Origin: Alphaproteobacteria bacterium
Lineage (GTDB): Bacteria; Pseudomonadota; Alphaproteobacteria; UBA7887
Assembly (NCBI GenBank): GCA_965216755.1
Contig: CBDCGL010000011.1
Coordinates: 2,112,001-2,176,000 of the forward strand
Reading direction: 5' to 3'
DNA length: 64,000 nucleotides
This document shows, in pieces, positions 20,619 through 29,925 of the stretch. Both the position numbers and the translations under genes were made by a program. A model generated the notes under the pieces. That model made no database searches. It was not told the origin of the DNA and was given only the letters and a program-made list of their open reading frames with translations. Every line of letters begins with the position of its first letter. The stretch's first letter is position 1.

Positions 20619-23264
20619 TTAGGGCGTGACAGCGGCCAAGGCGTCCGCGACCGCATCGATCGCGCCCTGCGCGGCGGCCCCGTCCGGTCCGCCGGCCTGG
20701 GCCATATCTGGACGACCGCCGCCGCCCTTGCCGCCCAATGACGCCGAGCCGACGCGAACCAGATCGACCGCGCTCAAACGATCGGTCAAATCGTCGGTGA
20801 CGCCAACGACGATGGCGGCCTTGCCGTCGGTCACCGTAACCAAGACAACCACGCCTGACTTGATCTGTTTCTTGAGGTCGTCGGCCATCCCACGCAGGTC
20901 TTTGGCCGGCACACCATCTAATTTGCGTGCCGCGAAAATGGTTCCGGCAACCGTCTTGTGGTCATGCGCCGCGGCGCCGCCCGTCGCCAGCGCGCGGTGG
21001 GCCTCGCTCAAATCCTTTTCCAACTTCTTACGCTCGCTGAGAAGCGCCTCGATCCGGTCGGCGAGTTGCGCGGATGACGTCTTGAGCACCGACGCCGCCG
21101 CGCGCAGGCGCTCGTCCTGCTCGCGAACATGAGCGAGCGCGCCGGTGCCGGTCAAGGCTTCGATCCGCCGAACGCCGGCAGCGACGGCACTCTCACCGAC
21201 AATCTTGAACAGGCCGATGTCGCCGGTGCGGGCCACATGTGTGCCCCCGCATAGTTCCACTGAGTAGGCGTCTTTGTCGCCACGGCCCATCGACACGACG
21301 CGCACTTCATCGCCATATTTCTCACCAAACAACGCCAGCGCCCCTTTTTCAACCGCCTCCCCAGGGCTCATCAGAAGCGTGGCGGTTGGCGCATTGTCCA
21401 AGACCTGCGCATTGACGTCTTGTTCGATGGCTGCCAGTTCTTCGACCGTCACCGGTTTCGGATGACTGATGTCGAAGCGCAATCGATCCGGGGCAACCAA
21501 CGAGCCTTTCTGCGTGACATGGTCGCCCAAATGGGTACGCAACGCCGCGTGCAACAAATGGGTCGCGGAATGGTTACGTCGGGTCGCAGCCCGGCGTTGG
21601 GCGTCGACCGAAAAATGCACCGTGTCGCCGACCGTCAATGTGCCGTCTGCCACGGTCACCATATGCGCATGCACGTCATCGGCGCGCTTGACCGTATCGG
21701 TGACAAAACCGCGCACGCCGGCGCCACCCGTGATCATGCCGGAATCGCCAACCTGACCACCCGCTTCGCCGTAGAAGGGAGTTTGGTTGGTGATCACCAC
21801 GATCTTCGTTCCCGCCGCCGCGCGGTCGACGCGTTTTCCGTCTTCAACCAGGGCGACAATCTGTGCCTCGGCATCGATGGTGTCATAGCCGAGAAACTCG
21901 GTCGCGCCGACCGCGTCGCGAATGTCGAACCAAATTTGCTCGGTCGCGGCCGCGCCGGATCCGGCCCAAGACCGGCGTGCCTCGGCACGTTGTTTTTCCA
22001 TGGCCGCTTCGAAGCCGGCTTTGTCGACGCTGCGCCCCTCTGCGCGCAAGGCGTCTTCCGTAAGATCAAGAGGAAAGCCGTAAGTATCGTAGAGCTTAAA
22101 CGCGACATCGCCTGGCAAAGCGGCATCCGACGGCAACGCCGCGGTCGCTTCAGACAGCAGTCGCAGACCACGCCCGAGAGTCTCCTGAAACCGTGCCTCT
22201 TCGAGCTTCAGGGTTTCCGTGATCAAGGCTTGCGCCCGCCCAAGTTCTGGAAACGCCTGGCCCATTTGGTCAACCAGGGCCGACACCAACCGCCACATCA
22301 ACGGTTCGCGGACCCCCATCATATGGGCGTGGCGCATCGCGCGACGCATGATTCGACGGAGAACATAGCCACGTCCTTCGTTCGATGGCATGACACCGTC
22401 GGCCAACAGAAAGCTCGACGCACGTAGATGATCGGCGATGACCCGATGTGACACCGCGTGGCCGCCGTCCGCGGCAGTGCCGGCGGCATCCGCCGACGCC
22501 GCGATCAGGTGCTGAAAAAGATCCGTCTCGTAGTTGTCGTGCACGCCCTGCAGCACCGCCGCGATCCGTTCCAGACCCATGCCGGTGTCGATCGATGGCC
22601 GCGGTAGTGGCATCCGCTCGCCTCCGGGGAGCTGCTCAAATTGCATAAAGACCAGATTCCAGATCTCCACAAAACGGTCGCCGTCCTCATCCTCGCTGCC
22701 CGGTGGCCCTCCCGGGATATGAGCGCCATGATCGTAGAAAACCTCCGAGCATGGACCGCATGGACCGGTGTCGCCCATGGCCCAAAAATTGTCCGATGTG
22801 GCAATGCGCAGAATCCGCTCTTCCGGCAAGCCCGAAACCTTGCGCCAAATGTCAAACGCCTCGTCGTCGGTGTGGTAAACCGTGACGATCAATCGATCCT
22901 TGGCAAGGCCGTAGTCGCGGGTAATGAGACTCCAAGCCAATTCGATGGCGCGGTCCTTGAAGTAATCACCAAATGAAAAATTCCCGAGCATCTCGAAAAA
23001 TGTGTGATGCCGCGCCGTATAGCCGACATTGTCCAGATCGTTATGCTTACCTCCGGCGCGCACGCATTTCTGCGACGTCGTGGCGCGTGGAATTTCGCGT
23101 TTCTCCACCCCCGTAAAGACGTTCTTGAACTGGACCATGCCGGCATTTGTGAACAGCAATGTCGGGTCATTGTGCGGAACAAGAGGGCTCGACGGCACAA
23201 TCTCGTGACCGTGGGCACCGAAATAGTCCAAGAACGCTTTGCGAATGTCGTTTGTCGTTTGCAT
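20619..23264 (-). CDS. alaS: Alanine--tRNA ligase
   Basis: '[15 protein letters not shown]', '[19 protein letters not shown]', 'HSATHLLH', 'ELCGGTHV', '[13 protein letters not shown]'. Confidence 0.98.
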   Translation of the reverse strand: MQTTNDIRKAFLDYFGAHGHEIVPSSPLVPHNDPTLLFTNAGMVQFKNVFTGVEKREIPRATTSQKCVRAGGKHNDLDNVGYTARHHTFFEMLGNFSFGDYFKDRAIELAWSLITRDYGLAKDRLIVTVYHTDDEAFDIWRKVSGLPEERILRIATSDNFWAMGDTGPCGPCSEVFYDHGAHIPGGPPGSEDEDGDRFVEIWNLVFMQFEQLPGGERMPLPRPSIDTGMGLERIAAVLQGVHDNYETDLFQHLIAASADAAGTAADGGHAVSHRVIADHLRASSFLLADGVMPSNEGRGYVLRRIMRRAMRHAHMMGVREPLMWRLVSALVDQMGQAFPELGRAQALITETLKLEEARFQETLGRGLRLLSEATAALPSDAALPGDVAFKLYDTYGFPLDLTEDALRAEGRSVDKAGFEAAMEKQRAEARRSWAGSGAAATEQIWFDIRDAVGATEFLGYDTIDAEAQIVALVEDGKRVDRAAAGTKIVVITNQTPFYGEAGGQVGDSGMITGGAGVRGFVTDTVKRADDVHAHMVTVADGTLTVGDTVHFSVDAQRRAATRRNHSATHLLHAALRTHLGDHVTQKGSLVAPDRLRFDISHPKPVTVEELAAIEQDVNAQVLDNAPTATLLMSPGEAVEKGALALFGEKYGDEVRVVSMGRGDKDAYSVELCGGTHVARTGDIGLFKIVGESAVAAGVRRIEALTGTGALAHVREQDERLRAAASVLKTSSAQLADRIEALLSERKKLEKDLSEAHRALATGGAAAHDHKTVAGTIFAARKLDGVPAKDLRGMADDLKKQIKSGVVVLVTVTDGKAAIVVGVTDDLTDRLSAVDLVRVGSASLGGKGGGGRPDMAQAGGPDGAAAQGAIDAVADALAAVTP

Positions 23265-23465
23265 GGTCGTGATCATCTCTATGCGCTAATTGGCGGGCGT
23301 GAAATCGCTGTCGCGCCATCTTCAATTGGCGCCACGCCGCCGGGCATTCGCTTTTACCGCCGGTCCCAGACCGTGTCCAGAAACGCCAACGGCACGCCTG
23401 TGAAGGCGCGCCGTCGCGGATCATGATGCCCCGTCTACGCCAATGCGCCTCGAGGCGGCAGGTTA

Positions 23466-24545
23466 TCAGCCTTGGGCAGCCACCTCATCGCGCGCCGCAG
23501 CAGGATCGTCCAATAAATCGACGGCCAATCCCGCGTTGGCGCGCACGGCCCGCTCGATCTCATTGGCGATGTCAGGGTGATCCTTCAAGAAGTTCTTGGC
23601 ATTCTCGCGCCCTTGGCCAATTCGCTGGCTGTCGTAGGAATACCACGACCCCGATTTTTCGATAACACCCGCCTTGACGCCAAAGTCCAGCAGCTCGCCT
23701 GTGCGCGAAATCCCCGCACCATACATGATGTCAAACTCGACCACCTTAAATGGCGGCGCCATCTTGTTCTTCACCACTTTGACCCGAGTTTGATTGCCGA
23801 CCACCTCATCCCGATCTTTGATCTGACCTATGCGACGAATATCCAAGCGTACAGAGGAATAAAACTTCAGCGCATTGCCACCGGTAGTCGTTTCCGGGCT
23901 GCCATACATGACGCCAATCTTCATGCGTATCTGGTTGATGAAAACCAAAGTGCAACGCGATTTTGAAATCGAACCGGTCAACTTGCGCAGTGCTTGGCTC
24001 ATCAATCGTGCTTGCACACCAACATGGGTGTCGCCCATTTCGCCCTCAAGCTCGGCCCGCGGCACCAAGGCCGCAACGCTATCGACAACCAACAGGTCGA
24101 CCGCACCCGATCGCACCAGGGTATCAGCGATTTCAAGTGCCTGTTCGCCGGCATCGGGTTGCGAAATCAGCAACTCTTCGACATTGACGCCCAATTTGTG
24201 CGCATAGACCGGATCCAGCGCGTGCTCGGCGTCAACGAACGCGCAGACACCGCCGTCCTTCTGAGCTTCGGCCACGGCATGCAACGCCAATGTCGTCTTG
24301 CCAGAACTCTCCGGACCATAAATCTCGACTATCCGGCCACGGGGCAAACCACCGATGCCGAGCGCGATATCCAACCCCAGCGACCCGGTCGGAATCACCT
24401 CGGTTTCGACGGCGATGTCGCTTTGGCCGAGCTTCATGATCGAGCCCTTACCAAAAGCCCGTTCGATTTGGCTTAGCGCGGCATCCAGTGCCTTTTGCTT
24501 ATCCATGAATTCCTTTTCAACAATACGCAGCGCCGGGTGCGCCAT
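23466..24545 (-). CDS. recA: Recombinase RecA
   Basis: '[12 protein letters not shown]', 'DAEHALDP', '[10 protein letters not shown]', 'GGNALKFY'. Confidence 0.99.
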   Translation of the reverse strand: MAHPALRIVEKEFMDKQKALDAALSQIERAFGKGSIMKLGQSDIAVETEVIPTGSLGLDIALGIGGLPRGRIVEIYGPESSGKTTLALHAVAEAQKDGGVCAFVDAEHALDPVYAHKLGVNVEELLISQPDAGEQALEIADTLVRSGAVDLLVVDSVAALVPRAELEGEMGDTHVGVQARLMSQALRKLTGSISKSRCTLVFINQIRMKIGVMYGSPETTTGGNALKFYSSVRLDIRRIGQIKDRDEVVGNQTRVKVVKNKMAPPFKVVEFDIMYGAGISRTGELLDFGVKAGVIEKSGSWYSYDSQRIGQGRENAKNFLKDHPDIANEIERAVRANAGLAVDLLDDPAAARDEVAAQG

Positions 24546-24598
24546 CGTGGCCTCCTCCTCTTATTTCACAGGCCGTGAACTGATTCAACAACGCCAAT

Positions 24599-24613
24599 GT
24601 ACCGGTTTTGTTC
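24599..24613 (-). promoter_or_regulatory. Alphaproteobacterial LexA (SOS) box, proximal
   Basis: Minus strand GAAC-AAAACCG-GTAC (GAAC-N7-GTAC), 54 bp upstream of recA. Confidence 0.75.
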
Positions 24614-24667
24614 TATTATGCAACGCGTGTCGTTAACGCATTATAATTACGAAACAAAAATCATTCT

Positions 24668-24682
24668 GTTCAAACTTTGTTC
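24668..24682. promoter_or_regulatory. Alphaproteobacterial LexA (SOS) box, distal
   Basis: GTTC-AAACTTT-GTTC, an exact GTTC-N7-GTTC match. Confidence 0.8.
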
Positions 24683-24773
24683 ATGACCCCTTTAGGTGAT
24701 TCGCGCAGAATCACCCCGGATCGTGCTCAGTGTCGTCGCGCGTCGCTCACGCAGTGCAATGGACACGCGCCTC

Positions 24774-25865
24774 TCAGTCGGCCGGCGGTGCCGCGGCACG
24801 CACTTTGCCCCGCAGGCGCCAGACATAGCCGATAACTTCAGCCACCGCCTTATAGTGCTCCACGGGAATAATTTGGTCGATCTCGACCGATTGGAACAGA
24901 GCACGGCAGAGCGGCGGATTCTCGACCAATGGCACCTGATTTTCAAGCGCGACATCGCGGATCCGTTGGGCGACCAGATCGGCGCCCTTGGCAACCAATA
25001 CCGGCGCGTCATCCTTGGTCTCGTCATAACGCAAGGCCACCGCGTAATGGGTCGGATTGGTGATCACCACTTGCGCCTCAGGCACCGCGGCCATCATGCG
25101 CCTACGCGCTTTCTCCATCCGAATCGAGCGCAATCGCGCCTTGACCATCGGGTCGCCTTCGAGCTGCTTGTGTTCTTCCTTGATCTCGCGCTTCGACATC
25201 CGCTGTTGTTTGGTGAATTCATAGCGTTGATAGATGAAGTCCAACCCCGCGATCACGGCCATCGCGGCAACCACGCTGCCCATCGTCTTGAGCGACAGGA
25301 TGAACAGCCGTTGCAAGACTTGGCCGGCTTCAAGGCCGACCAGCAATTCAAGGTCGCGCATTTCCGGCAACACCACCAGCAACACGACCACGGTGACCAC
25401 GGCGATTTTGACGATGCCCTTTGTGAACTCAGCCAGGGCCTTCACGGAGAACTGCCGTTTGAGCCCTTTGATCAACGACAATTTGCTCAAGTCTGGTTTG
25501 AGCGATTCGGCGGAGAAGACCGGGCCGTGCTGTAGAAACCCGCTGCCCGCGGCCGCCGCCATCAGAATCGCCGCCGCTACCAGCAATGCCGCACCGACGC
25601 TGCCCAGAACGTCCAGCATGAGTCGCCGTAGGTTGGGGAAATCGGTCGCGATCGCATGCGGGCGTTCGAGAAACGGCACGATCGCCGCTGTAATTTCGCT
25701 GCCGATCAAGCGGCCCAAGGCGAGGACCAAAACCGTGCCCGCCAACAATATGGCGAACGTGTTGACCTCTTTGGAATTTGCAACCTGGCCCTTTTCGCGT
25801 GCGTCTTGTAGCCGCTTCGCGGTCGGGTCTTCTGTTTTTTCAGATTTATCTTCCGTGTCAGACAT
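24774..25865 (-). CDS. flhB: Flagellar export/substrate-switch protein FlhB
   Basis: 'EKTEDPTAKRL..AREKGQV..SKE', 'EGDP..K', autocleavage motif 'NPTHYAVAL'. Confidence 0.97.
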   Translation of the reverse strand: MSDTEDKSEKTEDPTAKRLQDAREKGQVANSKEVNTFAILLAGTVLVLALGRLIGSEITAAIVPFLERPHAIATDFPNLRRLMLDVLGSVGAALLVAAAILMAAAAGSGFLQHGPVFSAESLKPDLSKLSLIKGLKRQFSVKALAEFTKGIVKIAVVTVVVLLVVLPEMRDLELLVGLEAGQVLQRLFILSLKTMGSVVAAMAVIAGLDFIYQRYEFTKQQRMSKREIKEEHKQLEGDPMVKARLRSIRMEKARRRMMAAVPEAQVVITNPTHYAVALRYDETKDDAPVLVAKGADLVAQRIRDVALENQVPLVENPPLCRALFQSVEIDQIIPVEHYKAVAEVIGYVWRLRGKVRAAAPPAD

Positions 25866-25871
25866 CGCCAC

Positions 25872-26636
25872 CTAGAGCGGTACAACGAATTGATTGAGAC
25901 CGTCGCCAAAGAAGGTCAAGAAACCGTACATAATGGCTGCCAGTGCAATCATCAAAATGCCAAAGCCGACGCCGATCTGGATCGGTAGAATGACAAAAAA
26001 CACCATCATCTGCGGCATCAGGCGATTGAGCAAACCAGCACCCAAGTAGAGTAGAAATCCGGCGACCACCACCGGCGCCGAGATCTGAAAGCCGATCCGG
26101 AAGGAATCCGACACGGTCCGCGTGATCGCTTCGGTCGTATCCGCGATCGGTGGCGGCACGCCTGCTGGCAGCAGCACATAGGTATCGACCAAGGCGCGCA
26201 ACATCAGATGATGCATGTCGGTGGCGAACACCAACATGATCGCCAGCAAGTTCATCAGATTGCCGGCCATAGAGCTTTGCGCGGTTTGGTTCGGATCGAA
26301 CATGGTCGCCGCGGCCAAGCTTGAATGAAACGCAAAAACCATGCCCGCGACATGCAAGGCCGTGAACATGATGCGTGCGGTAACCCCGAAGAACACGCCG
26401 ACCAACGTTTCGTAGAGCACCAGCAGCGCCGTTTCCATGATCGTCGGCGGCAGGCCCGGCAACTTGTCGGCCAGGAACGGCGTAACGATGACTGAAAAAG
26501 CCAATGCCAGATGAAGACGAACGCGGCCGGGTATGGTGCTTTCGCCCAAGGTCGGCAATAGCATCAGCGCCGCGCCGATCCGCAAAAAGACCAAAGCGAA
26601 CGGGAACAGTTCGGCGCCGAGCAGTTCGGCGAACAT
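25872..26636 (-). CDS. fliR: Flagellar export protein FliR
   Basis: Hydrophobic; 'FLRIGA..M.LP..GE..IP.RVR', 'RLMPQM.VFF'; position between fliQ and flhB. Confidence 0.93.
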   Translation of the reverse strand: MFAELLGAELFPFALVFLRIGAALMLLPTLGESTIPGRVRLHLALAFSVIVTPFLADKLPGLPPTIMETALLVLYETLVGVFFGVTARIMFTALHVAGMVFAFHSSLAAATMFDPNQTAQSSMAGNLMNLLAIMLVFATDMHHLMLRALVDTYVLLPAGVPPPIADTTEAITRTVSDSFRIGFQISAPVVVAGFLLYLGAGLLNRLMPQMMVFFVILPIQIGVGFGILMIALAAIMYGFLTFFGDGLNQFVVPL

Positions 26637-26682
26637 GTGCGTTCACCGCGCCTAGAGCAGTGTCCGACGGTCGGACACTGCT

Positions 26683-26946
26683 TTAGAAACCGGAGACTCG
26701 ATCAAGCTGACGTTGCGAAAACTCCAACAGTGTCGTCAGCATGAACGGCAGGAACAAGACCAGAGACAGAAACACGGCAACAATCTTGGGCACGAATGAC
26801 AGGGTCACTTCCTGCATTTGCGTCAACGCTTGAAACAACGAAATCAACAGGCCCATGGCGAGCGCAACACCCATTACCGGTGAAATTACCTTAAGCAGGG
26901 TGAAGATGGCGTCGCGGCCCACATCGAGAACTTCAAGCTCCGACAT
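26683..26946 (-). CDS. fliQ: Flagellar export protein FliQ
   Basis: 'GLLISLFQALTQMQEVTLSFVPKI'. Confidence 0.96.
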   Translation of the reverse strand: MSELEVLDVGRDAIFTLLKVISPVMGVALAMGLLISLFQALTQMQEVTLSFVPKIVAVFLSLVLFLPFMLTTLLEFSQRQLDRVSGF

Positions 26947-26954
26947 GGGTCGGC

Positions 26955-27290
26955 TTAGATCGGCATCCGCATGATGTCTTGATAGGCCGAGATCACGCGA
27001 TCACGCACGGCCATGACCGTTTGCAAAGTCACCTCGGCGTTGGAAACAGCGGCGACCACGTCATGCAGGCCGGTTTGCCCCATCACCGCTTGAGTCATGC
27101 TTTTCTCGGCAGCGACGCCGCTATCTCGGGCGCTCTCCAGCGCCTGACCGACCAATTCCGCGAACCCGCCGGCGCCAGCCTTTTGCGCCGTCTGCGCTGA
27201 CTCGACGCCGATCTTGCCCGCACCTTCGATCGCACGTGATGCGTTGGCGGCATACGCCGCAGCGGCGTTGGCAAATGTGGTTCCTGCCAT
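26955..27290 (-). CDS. fliE: Flagellar hook-basal body protein FliE
   Basis: C-terminal 'AEVTLQTVMAVRDRVISAYQDIMRMPI'. Confidence 0.95.
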   Translation of the reverse strand: MAGTTFANAAAAYAANASRAIEGAGKIGVESAQTAQKAGAGGFAELVGQALESARDSGVAAEKSMTQAVMGQTGLHDVVAAVSNAEVTLQTVMAVRDRVISAYQDIMRMPI

Positions 27291-27322
27291 GGGGCGTGTT
27301 CCCTAGCGCGACATCCAGGCGA

Positions 27323-27733
27323 CTAGACGCGGAGGATTTCCAATGTCCGGCTGGCCAGCGCCTTGGCGATCTCAACGACCGACAAATTGGCCTCGTAGCT
27401 GCGCTGGGCTTCACGCATATCAGCCATTTCGATGAGGCCGTTGACGTTCGGCATTTTCACATAGCCGTCGTCATTTGCCGCCGGGTGGTGCGGCTGGAAC
27501 TTGGTGCCGAATGGCGCGCCGTCGACGCCGACCTTGGTGACCTTGACTAAATCGATGCCGAGCGAACGATCGAGTTCGCTGGCGAAACTGATGGTCTTGC
27601 GCCGATAAGGATCGCCACCGGGCGTAGCGGCCGTGGAGTTTGAGTTGGCGATGTTTTGGGACACGACGCGGATACGCTCGCTCTGCGCCTTCATGCCAGA
27701 GGCGGCGACAAAGAATGACTTCACGAAATCCAT
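27323..27733 (-). CDS. flgC: Flagellar basal-body rod protein FlgC
   Basis: 'ASGMKAQSER..VSQNIANS', 'PYRRK', 'HPAA..DGYV..PNVN..EM..AQRSYEANL'. Confidence 0.97.
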   Translation of the reverse strand: MDFVKSFFVAASGMKAQSERIRVVSQNIANSNSTAATPGGDPYRRKTISFASELDRSLGIDLVKVTKVGVDGAPFGTKFQPHHPAANDDGYVKMPNVNGLIEMADMREAQRSYEANLSVVEIAKALASRTLEILRV

Positions 27734-27764
27734 TTCAATCTCTCCAAATCAGCGCCAAGTGCGG

Positions 27765-28175
27765 TTAATTGCCACGCCCAAGAGCAGACTTCAGCATGCC
27801 CAGGCTCTTGCTGTAGATCGTGCTGGCAAGCTGGTAGTCCATGGCATTCTTGGCAACGAGCACCGCTTGTTCCTCAAGCGAAACAGCGTTACCCGTCGGC
27901 GTCACATCGTAGGGCTGTTCCAAGTCTTCTGGGCGGTGAGGGCTCGGCGCCGGTCGGAAACCAGCCAAATGAGACTCGCTCGTCTGCGTCACGGCAACGG
28001 GTTCCGTTTTCACTTGTGGCAGCAATCTTTTGAAGTCCAACGGCTCCAGCTTTTTCGCCGTGTAGTCCGGAGTGTCAGCGTTGGCGATGTTTTCCGCCAA
28101 TACCTGATGGTTGTGCGACAACCAACCCATACTGCGATTAAGCACAGAAAACAGCGGAATTGAGCGTAGATCCAT
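27765..28175 (-). CDS. flgB: Flagellar basal-body rod protein FlgB
   Basis: 'VLAENIANADTPDY', 'GNAVSLEEQ'. Confidence 0.95.
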   Translation of the reverse strand: MDLRSIPLFSVLNRSMGWLSHNHQVLAENIANADTPDYTAKKLEPLDFKRLLPQVKTEPVAVTQTSESHLAGFRPAPSPHRPEDLEQPYDVTPTGNAVSLEEQAVLVAKNAMDYQLASTIYSKSLGMLKSALGRGN

Positions 28176-28220
28176 ACCAACAAATCCAATGACGGTGATC
28201 ACCATCTTGGCCATGGCCGC

Positions 28221-28235
28221 TTAAGAATCCGTAAA
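28221..28235. promoter_or_regulatory. CtrA-like box upstream of flgB (1 mismatch), containing a GANTC site
   Basis: TTAA-GAATCCG-TAAA versus TTAA-N7-TTAA. Confidence 0.5.
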
Positions 28236-28457
28236 TCGCGGACAATCGCATTGTCTGGCCTTGCTCCGCGGGCGTCTGGAATATTCTATATAAATATCAG
28301 TTGGTTAAGATCATATACCGGAGCGACGGTCAAATGCGCTTTGGCACCTGATTACCACAATCCGGCGCGCACGATCGCTTGGTCGAGGCAGGTCGGGTCT
28401 TGCCGAGCCTGACGATCGCCACCAATTCGCGGCAAAATTCCCGCAAATCTGAGGCTC

Positions 28458-28473
28458 TTAAGGGATTATCAAC
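28458..28473 (+). promoter_or_regulatory. CtrA-like box upstream of the flhB-like/fliO/fliP operon
   Basis: TTAA-GGGATTA-TCAAC versus TTAA-N7-TTAAC. Confidence 0.55.
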
Positions 28474-28533
28474 GCAGTCTGCGAACACTGGGGTCTTCGC
28501 GGCCGTTGCCGGCCATCATTGCAGCAAGGGCTG

Positions 28534-28848
28534 ATGGACCCAACCGATCCCAAAGTCGCGCAGCGCGCGGTCGACAAACCGGCTCAGAACACGCCGGTCA
28601 CGGTCGCCCTAAATCATGATCGGGGCCAAGACAACGCTGCCGTGGTCACGGCCGCGGCACGCGGCGCGCTGGCCGCCGAATTGTTGGCCATTGCCTTTGC
28701 GCACGGCATCCCGGTCCGCGAGGATGCGGACCTGGCCGAAGTTTTGGCGGCGATGGAGGTGGAAAGCGAGATCCCGCTCGCGGCCGCCGCCGCGGTCGCC
28801 GAAATTCTTTCTTATGTCTACCGTCTAAACCGCGAGACGGACGACTGA
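28534..28848 (+). CDS. Small EscU/YscU/FlhB C-terminal-like protein
   Basis: 'VAL.HD....A.VVTA..RG.LA..LL..A..HGIPVREDADL..L......EIP......VAEILSYVYR'; lacks NPTH. Confidence 0.8.
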   Translation: MDPTDPKVAQRAVDKPAQNTPVTVALNHDRGQDNAAVVTAAARGALAAELLAIAFAHGIPVREDADLAEVLAAMEVESEIPLAAAAAVAEILSYVYRLNRETDD

Positions 28849-29150
28849 TGGACCTACAATCCTATCTGTGGGCCATCATCGCCCTTCTCTTGGTGCTTGC
28901 ACTGATCGGCGCCGTTGCTTGGATTGTGCGCCGACTGGGGGTCGTTCCGGTCGCAGCGATGACCAAGCGCGGTGGGCGGCGCCTGGCGATCACGGAAATC
29001 GCCGCCATCGACGCCAAGCGCCGCTTGGTATTGGTACGACGTGACCAAACCGAGCATTTGCTTTTGCTCGGCGCGACCAACGACGCGGTCGTCGAAACCG
29101 GCATCACGCCGCCGCCGACCGACGGCGCGGCCCCGGGGAACCGATCGTGA
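28848..29150 (+). CDS. fliO: Flagellar biosynthesis protein FliO
   Basis: One TM, then 'RRLAITE...IDAKRRLVLVRRD..EHLLLLG'. Confidence 0.88.
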   Translation: MDLQSYLWAIIALLLVLALIGAVAWIVRRLGVVPVAAMTKRGGRRLAITEIAAIDAKRRLVLVRRDQTEHLLLLGATNDAVVETGITPPPTDGAAPGNRS

Positions 29151-29902
29151 CCAGGGGCACAGGCATGGCACTATCGGCAGCCGTTGTGGCACTCGCGGTC
29201 ATCTTGACCATGTCGGCGGCACCGGCCCTGGGCCAGACCTTCTCGGTCGATCTCGGCGATGGCGAGGGTCTGTTCACCGGGCGCATCATCCAGCTAATCG
29301 GGCTGATCACGGTCTTGTCGTTAGCGCCCTCGATCTTGGTCGTTGTCACGTCGTTCACGCGCATCGTGGTCGTTTTGTCGCTGTTGCGCAGCGCGCTCGG
29401 CATTCAGCAAACGCCGCCAAACACCGTATTGGTCAGCCTGGCCTTGTTTTTGACGGCGTTCATCATGGCGCCAACCCTGGAAACCGCTTACGACGACGGC
29501 ATTGTGCCGTTGATCGAGGATTCCATTACCGAGGAAGAGGCGTTCGACCGCACAGCGGCACCGTTTCGCACCTTTATGCTGGGACAAGTGCGGCCCAAGG
29601 ATCTGGCCTTGTTCATGGATATCGATGGGTCCGTCGTCGAGGCCCGCGAGGACACGCCCATGAAGGTTTTGGTGCCGGCGTTCATGATCAGTGAATTGCG
29701 CCGCGCCTTCGAAATCGCGTTTCTGATCTTCATCCCATTCCTGATTATCGATATGACGGTTGCGTCGGTGCTGATGTCGATGGGCATGATGATGCTGCCA
29801 CCGGTGATTGTCTCATTGCCGTTCAAACTTATTTTCTTCGTGCTATTGGACGGCTGGTATCTGGTCGCCGGCAGCCTGGTGCAAAGTTATAGTGGTGGTT
29901 AG
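29147..29902 (+). CDS. fliP: Flagellar export pore protein FliP
   Basis: 'TSFTRIVVVLSLLRSALG.QQTPPN', 'PAFMISELRRAF', 'MMMLPP..SLPFKL.FFV..DGW'. Confidence 0.97.
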   Translation: MTRGTGMALSAAVVALAVILTMSAAPALGQTFSVDLGDGEGLFTGRIIQLIGLITVLSLAPSILVVVTSFTRIVVVLSLLRSALGIQQTPPNTVLVSLALFLTAFIMAPTLETAYDDGIVPLIEDSITEEEAFDRTAAPFRTFMLGQVRPKDLALFMDIDGSVVEAREDTPMKVLVPAFMISELRRAFEIAFLIFIPFLIIDMTVASVLMSMGMMMLPPVIVSLPFKLIFFVLLDGWYLVAGSLVQSYSGG

Positions 29903-29925
29903 ACCGCGTATAACAAAATAGTGCA

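Noticed and set aside
21420-22427. Long antisense ORFs over alaS (also over icd, recA, flhB and the TPR genes, e.g. 59688-60752)
   Set aside because: Expected from codon bias in high-GC genes; no protein-like signatures.
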